Below are positions 8,276 to 16,376 of a DNA stretch of 64,000 nucleotides, in pieces. This stretch comes from Candidatus Undinarchaeota archaeon (GTDB taxonomy: Archaea; SpSt-1190; DYHY01; CAZGQF01): the NCBI GenBank assembly GCA_964527545.1, contig CAZGQF010000003.1:1461-65460 (forward strand), written 5' to 3'. The notes under the pieces were generated by a model, which did not search any database, was not told where the DNA came from, and was given only the letters and a program-made list of their open reading frames with translations. The position numbers were made by a program, and so were the translations under genes. Every line of letters starts with the position of its first letter. The first letter of the stretch is position 1.

Positions 8276-8911
8276 TTATAAGCCTTCCTGAATCGTCCAT
8301 AACTTTTCAGACGGGTCGAACTCTATGAAACCTCTCCTCTGAAGCGACGAGAAGAGCGACGAGAGGTCCTCGAAGGAGAGCCTCTCCAGCCGCCCCATCT
8401 CGCCGCCGTTGACCACCAGCTCCACGAGGGCTGCCTTCTCCCTCCCATCCAGCCCCTCTTTCTCCGCCTTCAAACTCGCCCTCCTCGAGATCCCGAGCAG
8501 CCTGCCCCTCAACCTCTTCGCCGCCGACTCGAGTTTCTCGAGCTTTGCCCTCGTCTTTCTCGCCTCCACCCTCATCTCCTCAAGGCCCGGACTTCCCTTC
8601 GCCAAGGCCCCCTTCGCCTCAAGCTCCCCTGAGAGGCCCGTCTCGTAGAGGGCTGGGCCGAAGGAGGCTGTGAAGCTGAGAGACTTTGAGAGGCGGACGT
8701 ACTTGCGGGGGCGCCCCCTGTCCTGGCGGGAGAGGCGGAACTCCACTATGCCGCTCTCCCTGAGCAGGGAGATGTGGTCGTTGACCGCCTTCTGTCCAAC
8801 CCCCAGCTTTTCAGAGAGCTCGGACTTGAAGAAAGGCCTCTCGCTCAACAGGCGTAGCATCCTCCTTCGGGTGCTGTTGCCCATTATCTCGAAGAGCTCG
8901 TCCACCAGCAT
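8276..8911 (-). CDS. ArsR-type winged-helix transcriptional regulator with a coiled-coil C-terminal extension
   Basis: The HTH region is NSTRRRMLRLLSERPFFKSELSEKLGVGQKAVNDHISLLRESGIVEF. The start is placed at the ATG at 8911 (MLVDELFEIMG). The gene is divergent from the pilin genes. Confidence 0.7.
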   Translation of the reverse strand: MLVDELFEIMGNSTRRRMLRLLSERPFFKSELSEKLGVGQKAVNDHISLLRESGIVEFRLSRQDRGRPRKYVRLSKSLSFTASFGPALYETGLSGELEAKGALAKGSPGLEEMRVEARKTRAKLEKLESAAKRLRGRLLGISRRASLKAEKEGLDGREKAALVELVVNGGEMGRLERLSFEDLSSLFSSLQRRGFIEFDPSEKLWTIQEGL

Positions 8912-8928
8912 TGGATTAATGTAACAAA

Positions 8929-8970
8929 ATGTTATTAAAAGAGTTGCTGCGCAAACCATATTACTTTTCG
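8929..8970. promoter_or_regulatory. divergent promoter region (two A/T boxes) between the ArsR-type regulator and the pilin locus
   Basis: The box ttattaaaag (8931-8941) lies about 24 nt from the regulator ATG at 8911 on the minus strand. The box catattactttt (8957-8968) lies about 25 nt upstream of the GTG at 8986. Confidence 0.35.
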
Positions 8971-8985
8971 CCGCTCTGCAAGGAC

Positions 8986-9171
8986 GTGAGAGGGATAACC
9001 CCGGTCATCGCCATCATCTTGTTGTTGCTCATGGCCGTCGCCGCCGCGGGCGGCTTCTACTTCGTCTCGATATGTGGGAAACCTATGGTTTCCCCCCTAG
9101 CCGTCCACCACCCTTTCCTACGTCCTGTCTTCGCCTCCGGCTCGACAGGACACGGGGGTGAGTCGGCTTGA
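8986..9171 (+). pseudogene. 5' fragment of a pilin-adhesin gene (pilin signal/TM segment only)
   Basis: Codons from the GTG at 8986 encode VRGITPVIAIILLLLMAVAAAGGFYFV. The first ~33 nt are identical to the start of the 10842 gene. Similarity stops at about 9066, and the frame then continues as unrelated sequence to a stop overlapping the TTG start at 9168. Confidence 0.5.
9076..9094 (+). promoter_or_regulatory. perfect 8-bp hairpin (gggaaacc-tat-ggtttccc) between the pilin fragment and the first full pilin gene
   Basis: The inverted repeat was read directly from the sequence. It lies just after the point where the fragment loses similarity to its paralogs. Confidence 0.3.
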
Positions 9172-10805
9172 GAGGGATCACCCCTGTCATCGCCATCATC
9201 CTCCTCTTGCTGATGGCCGTCGCTGCGGCCGGCGGCTTCTACTTTGTTTACCAGGGCTTCACAGAGAGCGGAGAAGAGTCGGGCTCGACGCAGATAGAGC
9301 AGCTCGGCGAGACTTCGCTTGCCGCCATCCAGATCGAGTCCGCGGCGGGGGGGCGGCTCTACGTCCGCAACGTGGGCGCGTCGGACATAGACCTCTCGAA
9401 GATGACTGTCTACGTGGAGAACCAGCCTGTGAGCGTGAACAGGTCGTCGGACACTCTCGCGGAGAGGGAAAGGGCGGTCCTCAAGCTGACGGAGATGCCT
9501 TCGTGTTCTTCGGAGAAGTGCGAGGTGAAGATATCGGGTACTGCCTCGACTTCGAAGAAGGTCGACCTTGCGAAACTGCTCTGCTCCTCAGACGCGGACT
9601 GCTACTCAAGCGAGTCCTGCACGGACGGCGTCTGCGTGGGGGAGGGAGAAGAGGAGACCACCTGCGGGAACGGCATCTGCGAGACTGGCGAGTACGGCTA
9701 CGAATGCTTCGTCGACTGCCACCCGGAGTCGTTGCTCCTCGTAGCGAAAAACTCAACCGACGATGGAGACCTCGTCGCCATCTACGACTGGAACGGCACG
9801 AGCTACGCGAGGGCAGGCAACCTCACCAACACCGACCTGAAGTACTGGTGGCTCCCACTCACGACCTTCCTTCCCAACGGCGACGCTGTCTCAGCCTCCT
9901 ACTTCTCCTGGAACGGCCAAGAGGACTACAGGGACCTCTGGCACACGAGGTACGACGGCTCCTCCTGGTCCTCGCCGCAGAACATCACCAATTCGCCGAG
10001 CAGGAAGCTGTTCTATTTTGGTGGGGCGGAAGTCAACTCCACGGAGGACATCATGGCGGTCTGGGTGGAAGACGGATCCGACAAGAACGAAATCTACTGG
10101 GCCTCCTATGCTGACGGGAGCGTCTCACCTCCAAGCGCCATACCAGACACCAACACCGACACCTACCCCTACATGTGGTCCTTCGCCTTCGCCCCCGATG
10201 ACGAGGGCTACATCTTCTTCACCAACAGCACACTGAATGCCGGCATGAACAACCAGGTCGTCAAGACGGTCAGGTGGAACGGAGACGGGTGGGGTTCCCC
10301 CTCCACGCTTGTCTCCTACCCTTCCAACAACAGGGCATCCCACTACGCGCTCGACTTCGCCTCTGACGGCAACGGAATCGCGGCGTGGGTCCACCAGAAC
10401 TCAACAAACTATCGCAAGCTGAAGTACGCGACATACGACGGCTCCGCCTGGACCTACCAGGGCAACTTCGACGATTCTTCCCCCCCGACCAACGAAACGA
10501 CAATCGCGGCCACGTCGATGGCCTACGACCACCTGGGCAACCCAATGTTCGCCGCAATCCACACAAACAATGACCCGTCAGTCTTCACACAATACCACAG
10601 GTATGCCAACGGAGGGTGGAGCGAAGGGACCACCTTCCCGACTGGCATGGCCCTGGAGCAGACATTCCTCTCGAAGGCCGGCGACGGCTCCCTCTTCGCC
10701 TTCTCCATAAACTTCATGGCCATGCAGGTCGAAGGCAGGTCAGAGTACTACTGGAGCTCCTGGGACGGGAGCGCCTGGGGCGAGTTCGTGGAGATGGGCG
10801 AGTAG
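9168..10805 (+). CDS. large pilin-adhesin paralog 1: archaeal type IV pilin N-terminus, Cys-rich module and Asp-box-like repeat domain
   Basis: The N-terminus is (M)RGITPVIAIILLLLMAVAAAGGFYFV, the archaeal pilin N-terminal type. TTG start with GGGGGTGA about 8 nt upstream. The C-terminal part carries about 7 repeats such as YDWNGTSY, RYDGSSWSSPQNITN, RWNGDGWGSPSTL, TYDGSAWTYQGN and SWDGSAWGEF. Confidence 0.8.
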   Translation: MRGITPVIAIILLLLMAVAAAGGFYFVYQGFTESGEESGSTQIEQLGETSLAAIQIESAAGGRLYVRNVGASDIDLSKMTVYVENQPVSVNRSSDTLAERERAVLKLTEMPSCSSEKCEVKISGTASTSKKVDLAKLLCSSDADCYSSESCTDGVCVGEGEEETTCGNGICETGEYGYECFVDCHPESLLLVAKNSTDDGDLVAIYDWNGTSYARAGNLTNTDLKYWWLPLTTFLPNGDAVSASYFSWNGQEDYRDLWHTRYDGSSWSSPQNITNSPSRKLFYFGGAEVNSTEDIMAVWVEDGSDKNEIYWASYADGSVSPPSAIPDTNTDTYPYMWSFAFAPDDEGYIFFTNSTLNAGMNNQVVKTVRWNGDGWGSPSTLVSYPSNNRASHYALDFASDGNGIAAWVHQNSTNYRKLKYATYDGSAWTYQGNFDDSSPPTNETTIAATSMAYDHLGNPMFAAIHTNNDPSVFTQYHRYANGGWSEGTTFPTGMALEQTFLSKAGDGSLFAFSINFMAMQVEGRSEYYWSSWDGSAWGEFVEMGE

Positions 10806-10841
10806 GAAAAGCCATAATACTGCAGAAGGAGAAAGAGGGAC

Positions 10842-12509
10842 ATGAGAGGGATAACCCCGGTCATCGCCATCATACTCCTCCTTTTGATGGCGGTCGCGGC
10901 AGCTGGAGGATTCTATTTTGTTTATCAAGGCTTCACAGAGGAAGGGGAAGAGTCTGGGTCGACGCAGATAGAGAGCCTCGGGGAGCAGTCTCTCGCCGCC
11001 ATCCAGATCGAGTCGGCGGCGGGAGGGAGGATCTACGTGAAGAACGTGGGGGCAAGCGACATCGACCTGAGCAAGGCGAGAGTCTACGTCGAGAACGTCC
11101 CCTACAACGTGAACACCTCTTCTGACACTCTCGCGGAGAGGAGTCGTGCCGTGCTCAAGTTCACGGAGAGACCTTCTTGCGCGTCTGACGAGTGCGAAGT
11201 CAAGATCTCCGGTGCTGCCTCGACGTCGAAGAAGGTCGACCTTGCGAAACTCCTCTGCTCCTCAGACGCAGACTGCCTATCAGGAGAGGCCTGCCAGGGA
11301 GGAGTCTGTTTTGAAGGGGGCGGGACAAGCTGCGGAGACGGCACGTGCGACGAAGGCGAGACTTCATCGAGCTGTCCGGCAGACTGCTATTGCGGAAACG
11401 ACCAATGCGACTCTGACGAGGACGGCGAGACCTGCTTCCCCGATTGCGGCCCAAGGTCGCTCTTTTTCACTGTCCTTGAAGACCAAGTGACCCTCGACAG
11501 CGACGTCGTCGTCCACGACTGGAACGGGACGACCTACTTGAGGGGCGAGAACCTCACCAACGACACAATCACATACAGCGCCTTCGGCGCAGAGTACTGG
11601 GACGGGACATCGCTCTCACTCGGCATAACTGGCAGCATCATGGATAGCTCCAGCATGGAGGTCTTCTGGTCGCAAAACGACGGCTCCGGGTGGTCTGTCC
11701 CCGACAACATCACTGAGAACAGCTGGTTCGACATGTACCTCCTCGACAACGTCGGCTTCAACTCGACGCACGCAATAGCGGTCTGGGCTGCTGGCAGCGA
11801 CTTCGAGAACGTCAGCTGGTCCTCTTTCGACGGGACTGAGTGGTCGGAGGCAGAGAACATCACGGGCGTGAGGAACACAGACGACCTCCCCACCTTCGAG
11901 TTTCACCCGGACGGGAAAGGAATCGCCCTCTGGCCTGACAAGATATCGACGTCCGCCTGGCTCAACTACTCTGTCTGGGACGGCGGATGGCTGCCACCCG
12001 ACGACACCTTGGTCGGCTTTGAAGGTGGGGGGTGCGAGTACGAGATCGAGGATATCAAGGTTGCCTCGAACTCGACCCATCTCATGGCGGTCTGGGACGT
12101 GCTCTACGGAGAGTGCGGGCTTGACCCTTACAGGATCACGCAGTGGGCGACCTGGGACGGAAGCGGCTGGAGCAGTGTGGAGAACGTAAGCGACGAGTTC
12201 AGCGACCTCCGTCCTTTCGCGCTGGGAGCCGACGACGGCGGATGGGTGCTCGTCTCCAACAATGGAACGTCACCGCAATACTGGCCGGAGTGGTTCTCCT
12301 GGCAGGACGGCTGGATTTACGAAGGGAACATCACCGGCGACCCAGAGGGGTTCCCGGTCTACATCGTGGAGAACGAGAACGGGGCGAAGCTGCTCCTGAT
12401 GTTCGATCTCATCAACGACTACGAATCGATTGCGAGGTTCTCGCACTGGACAGGGGAGACCTGGTCCGGGGTCACCGAAATCCCAGAGCCTGTCTTCTTC
12501 CTCGGCTGA
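10842..12509 (+). CDS. large pilin-adhesin paralog 2
   Basis: The first ~140 aa are the same as paralog 1, with about 18 substitutions by manual alignment. Two CG.G.C..GE....C..DC modules follow. The C-terminal domain is divergent, with WNGTTYLRGENLTN, NDGSGWSVPDNITE, FDGTEWSEAENITG, WDGSGWSSVENVSD and WTGETWSGVTEI. Confidence 0.8.
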   Translation: MRGITPVIAIILLLLMAVAAAGGFYFVYQGFTEEGEESGSTQIESLGEQSLAAIQIESAAGGRIYVKNVGASDIDLSKARVYVENVPYNVNTSSDTLAERSRAVLKFTERPSCASDECEVKISGAASTSKKVDLAKLLCSSDADCLSGEACQGGVCFEGGGTSCGDGTCDEGETSSSCPADCYCGNDQCDSDEDGETCFPDCGPRSLFFTVLEDQVTLDSDVVVHDWNGTTYLRGENLTNDTITYSAFGAEYWDGTSLSLGITGSIMDSSSMEVFWSQNDGSGWSVPDNITENSWFDMYLLDNVGFNSTHAIAVWAAGSDFENVSWSSFDGTEWSEAENITGVRNTDDLPTFEFHPDGKGIALWPDKISTSAWLNYSVWDGGWLPPDDTLVGFEGGGCEYEIEDIKVASNSTHLMAVWDVLYGECGLDPYRITQWATWDGSGWSSVENVSDEFSDLRPFALGADDGGWVLVSNNGTSPQYWPEWFSWQDGWIYEGNITGDPEGFPVYIVENENGAKLLLMFDLINDYESIARFSHWTGETWSGVTEIPEPVFFLG

Positions 12510-12585
12510 AAACCCCTGCAAATCGTGCTAATTGATTAACATAACAATTGTCATTAAAACTGCCACTGGCGTGCAACCGACCTAT

Positions 12586-13725
12586 TCATCCAAGGCTCCA
12601 GCTGCCTAGGTGCGCCTCGACAGGTATGCTTTCCTCGACGCTTTCAACACCTGTGTAGAGAGTAAACTCCAGATTTAGGGGTTCTGCAGGCCTTGAGACC
12701 AGGCCGCGCCAAGCACCCTTGAGGAATGCACCCATAAGCTCCTTCTTGGAGAGATTGTAGTGCTGATGGTCCTGTTTCCCCCTGAGAGCGTCCACGAACT
12801 TGAGGCCCGCATAGGAGATCAGGCTCGGTATCGCTGTCAAGGCGTTGTTCACCCTCTTCAGCATACCAACCGTGTTGGCATTGCGCTGGACCTCGTAATT
12901 GAAACCCTCATCTCCGTTGTGGACTTCGTCCCTGCAACCGCCGTAGTCGACCCTGAGATGGAGCACTTCAGCGCCTGGGACTATCACTATCTTTCCGTAT
13001 TTCTTCAGTTTGTTGCACAGCAGTGTCTCTGCCCTCAGCGAAGGGGAGTTGAACGATGGGTCGAAGCCGTTCACTTCGAAAAGAAAGTCCCTGCGAATCG
13101 CACAGTTCCCTCCTGGTACGTGATCTGTCTCCTGCAGTTCCTCGACCGCCCCGTTGACGCCATCTGAATGCAGGTAGGGAAAAGAACGGAAACGCCTGTA
13201 TTTTTTCGTGCCGTACTTCACCAGCTCCGGTCTCTGCTCTGTGTAGACAGCGCCGCATGAGACTGCCGCCCCATTTTCGAGAGGCTTTGTCAGCTCCGTC
13301 GCCCATCTGTCCGGGAAGAAAGGGAGCACATCATCGTCGGCGAACAGGATCTTGTTTCCGGAAGCGGCCGCGATACCGACGTTCCTTGCATCTGCCAACC
13401 CCCTCCCGTTCTTGAGCGTCACGAGCTTGAACTTGGCTCGTCCGTGCTCCGTGTTGATAGCAGAGATGCCATCTTTGAGCACTGATCCTGAGCAGTCAGT
13501 GGAAAAGTCGTCAACAACCACTACCTCGTCTATTCCCTTCAGCGAGTCCAAATAAGCAAGATGGCCCTTCTCCCCGACCAAACCCTCCTTCCAGATTGCC
13601 TCCCTGTTCTTCGTCGGGACGAAAAGAGTAACTCCTGTCACAGAGTCACATTTAATTAACCCTTTATAGTAGTTTGTGAGGGGCGGCAGGACTTGTTCGC
13701 AAAAGACTGGACCGGAAAAAGACAA
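12586..13725 (-). CDS. family-2 glycosyltransferase
   Basis: GT-A features: LFVPTKNRE, VVVVDDFSTDCS and the FADDDV (DxD) motif. The start is uncertain. It is either the TTG at 13725 or the GTG at 13641, which lies about 27 nt downstream of a tataaaggg box. Confidence 0.75.
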   Translation of the reverse strand: MSFSGPVFCEQVLPPLTNYYKGLIKCDSVTGVTLFVPTKNREAIWKEGLVGEKGHLAYLDSLKGIDEVVVVDDFSTDCSGSVLKDGISAINTEHGRAKFKLVTLKNGRGLADARNVGIAAASGNKILFADDDVLPFFPDRWATELTKPLENGAAVSCGAVYTEQRPELVKYGTKKYRRFRSFPYLHSDGVNGAVEELQETDHVPGGNCAIRRDFLFEVNGFDPSFNSPSLRAETLLCNKLKKYGKIVIVPGAEVLHLRVDYGGCRDEVHNGDEGFNYEVQRNANTVGMLKRVNNALTAIPSLISYAGLKFVDALRGKQDHQHYNLSKKELMGAFLKGAWRGLVSRPAEPLNLEFTLYTGVESVEESIPVEAHLGSWSLG

Positions 13726-13776
13726 ATCATGCTAAAGAGTAGCAATGTTTAAGAAGGTGTTCCTCTTTCTCGCGGA

Positions 13777-15045
13777 GTGCTCCAGTTCGGTATAGGGAGC
13801 GCTGTGGGTGACGGCGAAGAGACGCCTGTCGGCTTCGTCAACGAGGAGGGATACTTCGTCGACCTGCCGCCCCTCAGCGACGACGACCTCTTCAGGATAG
13901 TGAGAATAGCTGAGAAGTACGAGGAGACGGAGCTGAGCGTTGAGGAGATAGTGGAGGCCTATGAGAAAGAGCTGGAAGAGGAGAGGGGCGTCTCTTTGGG
14001 AGAGGGGAAGAGAGTCTACTCGCGCATCCTCCGCTCCCTCACTGACGAGTCGCTCGGGCCGATCCACTTCCTCCTGCAGGACCCGCAGATAGAGGAGATA
14101 ATGGTCAACGGTGTGGGGGAGCCGATCTTCGTCTGCCACAGGGAGAGGGGGATGCTCTCCACCAACCTCTTCTTCAAGAGCGGCGACTATTTCTGCGAAG
14201 TCGCCAACAGGGCGCTCCGGTCGCTGGGGAGGAGGGTGGACGAGAGGAGTCTCAGGGGGCATGGCCTCCTGCCCAACAGGGACCGAATCTCAGTGATGGT
14301 CCCGCCCTACGCGAAGAGGCACACCCTTGCAATCCGGCGGTTCTCTGTCGCGCCGTTCACTGTGGCAGACCTCGTGAGGAGGGGGATGCTCTCCTCTCGC
14401 CAGGCCGCCTTTCTCTGGATGGTGATGGAGAGCGGCTCCGCCAACCTCGGTGTGGTGGGGAACACGGGGGCGGGAAAGACGACACTCCTCAACGCCCTCC
14501 TCCGCTTCGTGCCGAGAGAGGCGAGAGTTATCTGCGTGGAGGAGACGCCTGAGATAAGGCCGCCCCAGTCGCAGGTGGTCCAGCTGGTCTCCACACAGGG
14601 CCTCTCGCTCAGGGACGCAATCAGCGACAGCTTAAGGCTGAGGCCAGACCGCGTCGTCATAGGCGAGGTGAGGAGCGACGAGGAGGTGAGGGCGCTCGTG
14701 GAGAGCTGTCTGGCCGGGCAGGCGCTTGGGACCTATTTCACCTACCACGCAGAGAACGCCCAGTTCGCCCTCAGGCGGATGGTGGGGCAGGGCGTCAGGG
14801 AAGACGACCTCGAGGCGATCGACCTGCTGGTGGTCTGCAGGAGGGACGTCAGCAAGGGAAAGGTCAGGCGGAGAGTCGTCTCCATCTTCGACAGAGAAGA
14901 TGGAAAGCTGACCGACTCGTGCGAGTCTAAGAGGATGAAGAGGCTGGAGAAAAGGACTGGGAGCCTGGAAAAGAGGGAGAGTTTCCTGGAAGGGTTCGAG
15001 GGAAGCGACGAAAAGTTCTTCGAGGAGGCCTCCCGTGTCCATTAA
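13777..15045 (+). CDS. type II/IV secretion-family ATPase (FlaI/VirB11/CpaF-like pilus assembly ATPase)
   Basis: Walker A is VVGNTGAGKTTLLNALL. Also present are the Asp box VCVEETPEI, the Walker B/His-box region RPDRVVIGEVRSDE, and N-terminal QDPQIEEIMVNG. GTG start. Confidence 0.85.
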   Translation: MLQFGIGSAVGDGEETPVGFVNEEGYFVDLPPLSDDDLFRIVRIAEKYEETELSVEEIVEAYEKELEEERGVSLGEGKRVYSRILRSLTDESLGPIHFLLQDPQIEEIMVNGVGEPIFVCHRERGMLSTNLFFKSGDYFCEVANRALRSLGRRVDERSLRGHGLLPNRDRISVMVPPYAKRHTLAIRRFSVAPFTVADLVRRGMLSSRQAAFLWMVMESGSANLGVVGNTGAGKTTLLNALLRFVPREARVICVEETPEIRPPQSQVVQLVSTQGLSLRDAISDSLRLRPDRVVIGEVRSDEEVRALVESCLAGQALGTYFTYHAENAQFALRRMVGQGVREDDLEAIDLLVVCRRDVSKGKVRRRVVSIFDREDGKLTDSCESKRMKRLEKRTGSLEKRESFLEGFEGSDEKFFEEASRVH

Positions 15046-15676
15046 GCTGGCTGTTGGCCTCGCCCTGGCCCTGCTCTTTCTCTTCTTCAGGGCGCCGGAG
15101 ATCTGGAGGGCCTACAAAAAAAGAGAGCGGAGGAAGAAGGTGGAGGCTGATCTTCCCTTCGCCGCCCACTACGTCGCGAGTCTCCTCGAGGCAGGACTGC
15201 CCCTCGAGGACGCGCTGGAGAAAACTGTGGATAGCAACTTCGGGGAGCTGTCAAAAATTCTGGGAGAGGCGATGGAGAAATTCGGAAAAGGCCGGTCGCT
15301 CGCCAAGTCGCTTGAGTCGGCGGGAAAGGGGATGGAGAAGAGCTCACTCTCGGATCTTCTCGCAGTTTTCTGCCACATCAACCGCACGGGGAGCCACAGT
15401 AGGGCAACAGAGAGCCTCAAGCTGCTCGCCGACTGTTTCGAGGAGAGGGCGGTCAACGGCTACAGGGAGTTCATCTCCCGTTCGCAGGTGCTCCTGACCG
15501 TCCACGTAGCCTTGACAGCCCTCCTGCCCGCAGTCCTACTCTTCCTCTCCGGGGTCTCCTCCTCTCTCGGGGACCCACTGCTCTCCCGAGGACAGCTCTC
15601 CATCCTTTTCTGCGCTCTCTTCCCCCTCACCGCGGGCGCGGCCAACATGATGCAGGGGTTGATGAGGCCGTGCTGA
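15035..15676 (+). CDS. pilus platform membrane protein, half-size TadB/TadC (T2SSF-domain) type
   Basis: N-terminal TM segment, a cytoplasmic helical T2SSF-like segment (LPFAAHYVASLLEAGLPLEDALEKTV...SLAKSLESA), and C-terminal TM helices. It overlaps the ATPase gene by 11 nt. Confidence 0.65.
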   Translation: MSIKLAVGLALALLFLFFRAPEIWRAYKKRERRKKVEADLPFAAHYVASLLEAGLPLEDALEKTVDSNFGELSKILGEAMEKFGKGRSLAKSLESAGKGMEKSSLSDLLAVFCHINRTGSHSRATESLKLLADCFEERAVNGYREFISRSQVLLTVHVALTALLPAVLLFLSGVSSSLGDPLLSRGQLSILFCALFPLTAGAANMMQGLMRPC

Positions 15677-16185
15677 GCTCCGACCTCTACAGGGCAGCCA
15701 GGTCTGAGAGCAGCGACCTGGCCGAGATCGTGAAAGTTTTGGAGTCAGAGTTCTTCGGGGAGGCGGCCCGCGCCATACCCCGCTCCTCCCGCTCCGCGGC
15801 GACAGTGCTGAGGGAGAGAGCGAAGGGCGACCCCAAGATGGAGAGCGCAGTCGAGATACTCGTGCTCGGCGCCAGGGAGAAGTCGCTCCTCCTCGACGGC
15901 GCCAGGAGGATGGAGAGGATGGAGCGGCTGGAGAGGGAGAGAAAGAGCGCCACCTCTGCGCAGAGGTACACTCTCCTCGCGGCGAGCCTTCTCTTCGTCC
16001 CCTTCATCCTCGCGGCGACTGTCTCCATCTCCCGACAGCTGGGCGGCGCCCTCCCAAGCGAAAGCATACTCTTCTACGTCGCAGTGCAGGCCGCCGTCTC
16101 CTCTTTCGCGCTGGAGACGAGGGCAAAAGCGCTCTTCCCCCTCCTCTCGATCGCTGTCTACAAGTTGACGGAGGTGATAATGTGA
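15670..16185 (+). CDS. second half-size platform-like membrane protein
   Basis: Same architecture: a soluble helical N-terminal part followed by TM helices (YTLLAASLLFVPFILAATV...). The GTG start overlaps the previous stop. Pairing of two half-size proteins resembles TadB/TadC and Methanococcus EpdJ/EpdK. The family assignment is inferential. Confidence 0.5.
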   Translation: MLSSDLYRAARSESSDLAEIVKVLESEFFGEAARAIPRSSRSAATVLRERAKGDPKMESAVEILVLGAREKSLLLDGARRMERMERLERERKSATSAQRYTLLAASLLFVPFILAATVSISRQLGGALPSESILFYVAVQAAVSSFALETRAKALFPLLSIAVYKLTEVIM

Positions 16186-16340
16186 AAGGCATAGCGACGC
16201 TGGAATGGATAGTGATAGCTGCAATCGTCCTCTTGATGGTAGCAGGCGCCGTAGAGGTCTGGCAGGGCGCCTGGGAGCCTGCAATGGCAAAGGCGGTCTC
16301 TGCGAGCGGCTCTTTCGAGTCTGCAATCTCTTCCATATGA
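16182..16340 (+). CDS. unannotated 52-aa Flp/class-III-signal-type pilin
   Basis: Manual translation from the GTG at 16182, which overlaps the upstream TGA (GTGA), gives (M)KGIATLEWIVIAAIVLLMVAGAVEVWQGAWEPAMAKAVSASGSFESAISSI. KG|IATLEW followed by a hydrophobic helix matches the G/xxxxE[YW] prepilin motif. It is below the ORF-track length cut-off. Confidence 0.55.
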   Translation: MKGIATLEWIVIAAIVLLMVAGAVEVWQGAWEPAMAKAVSASGSFESAISSI

Positions 16341-16376
16341 GCCAGGCTTAAAAACCAGCTCTCTCAAGTCTGCCCG

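Noticed and set aside
8986-12509. Diversity-generating retroelement or invertible-promoter phase variation acting on the adhesin genes.
   Set aside because: No reverse transcriptase, template/variable repeat pair with A-specific mismatches, recombinase or flanking inverted repeats is visible in the window. The variation looks like paralog divergence plus recombination instead.
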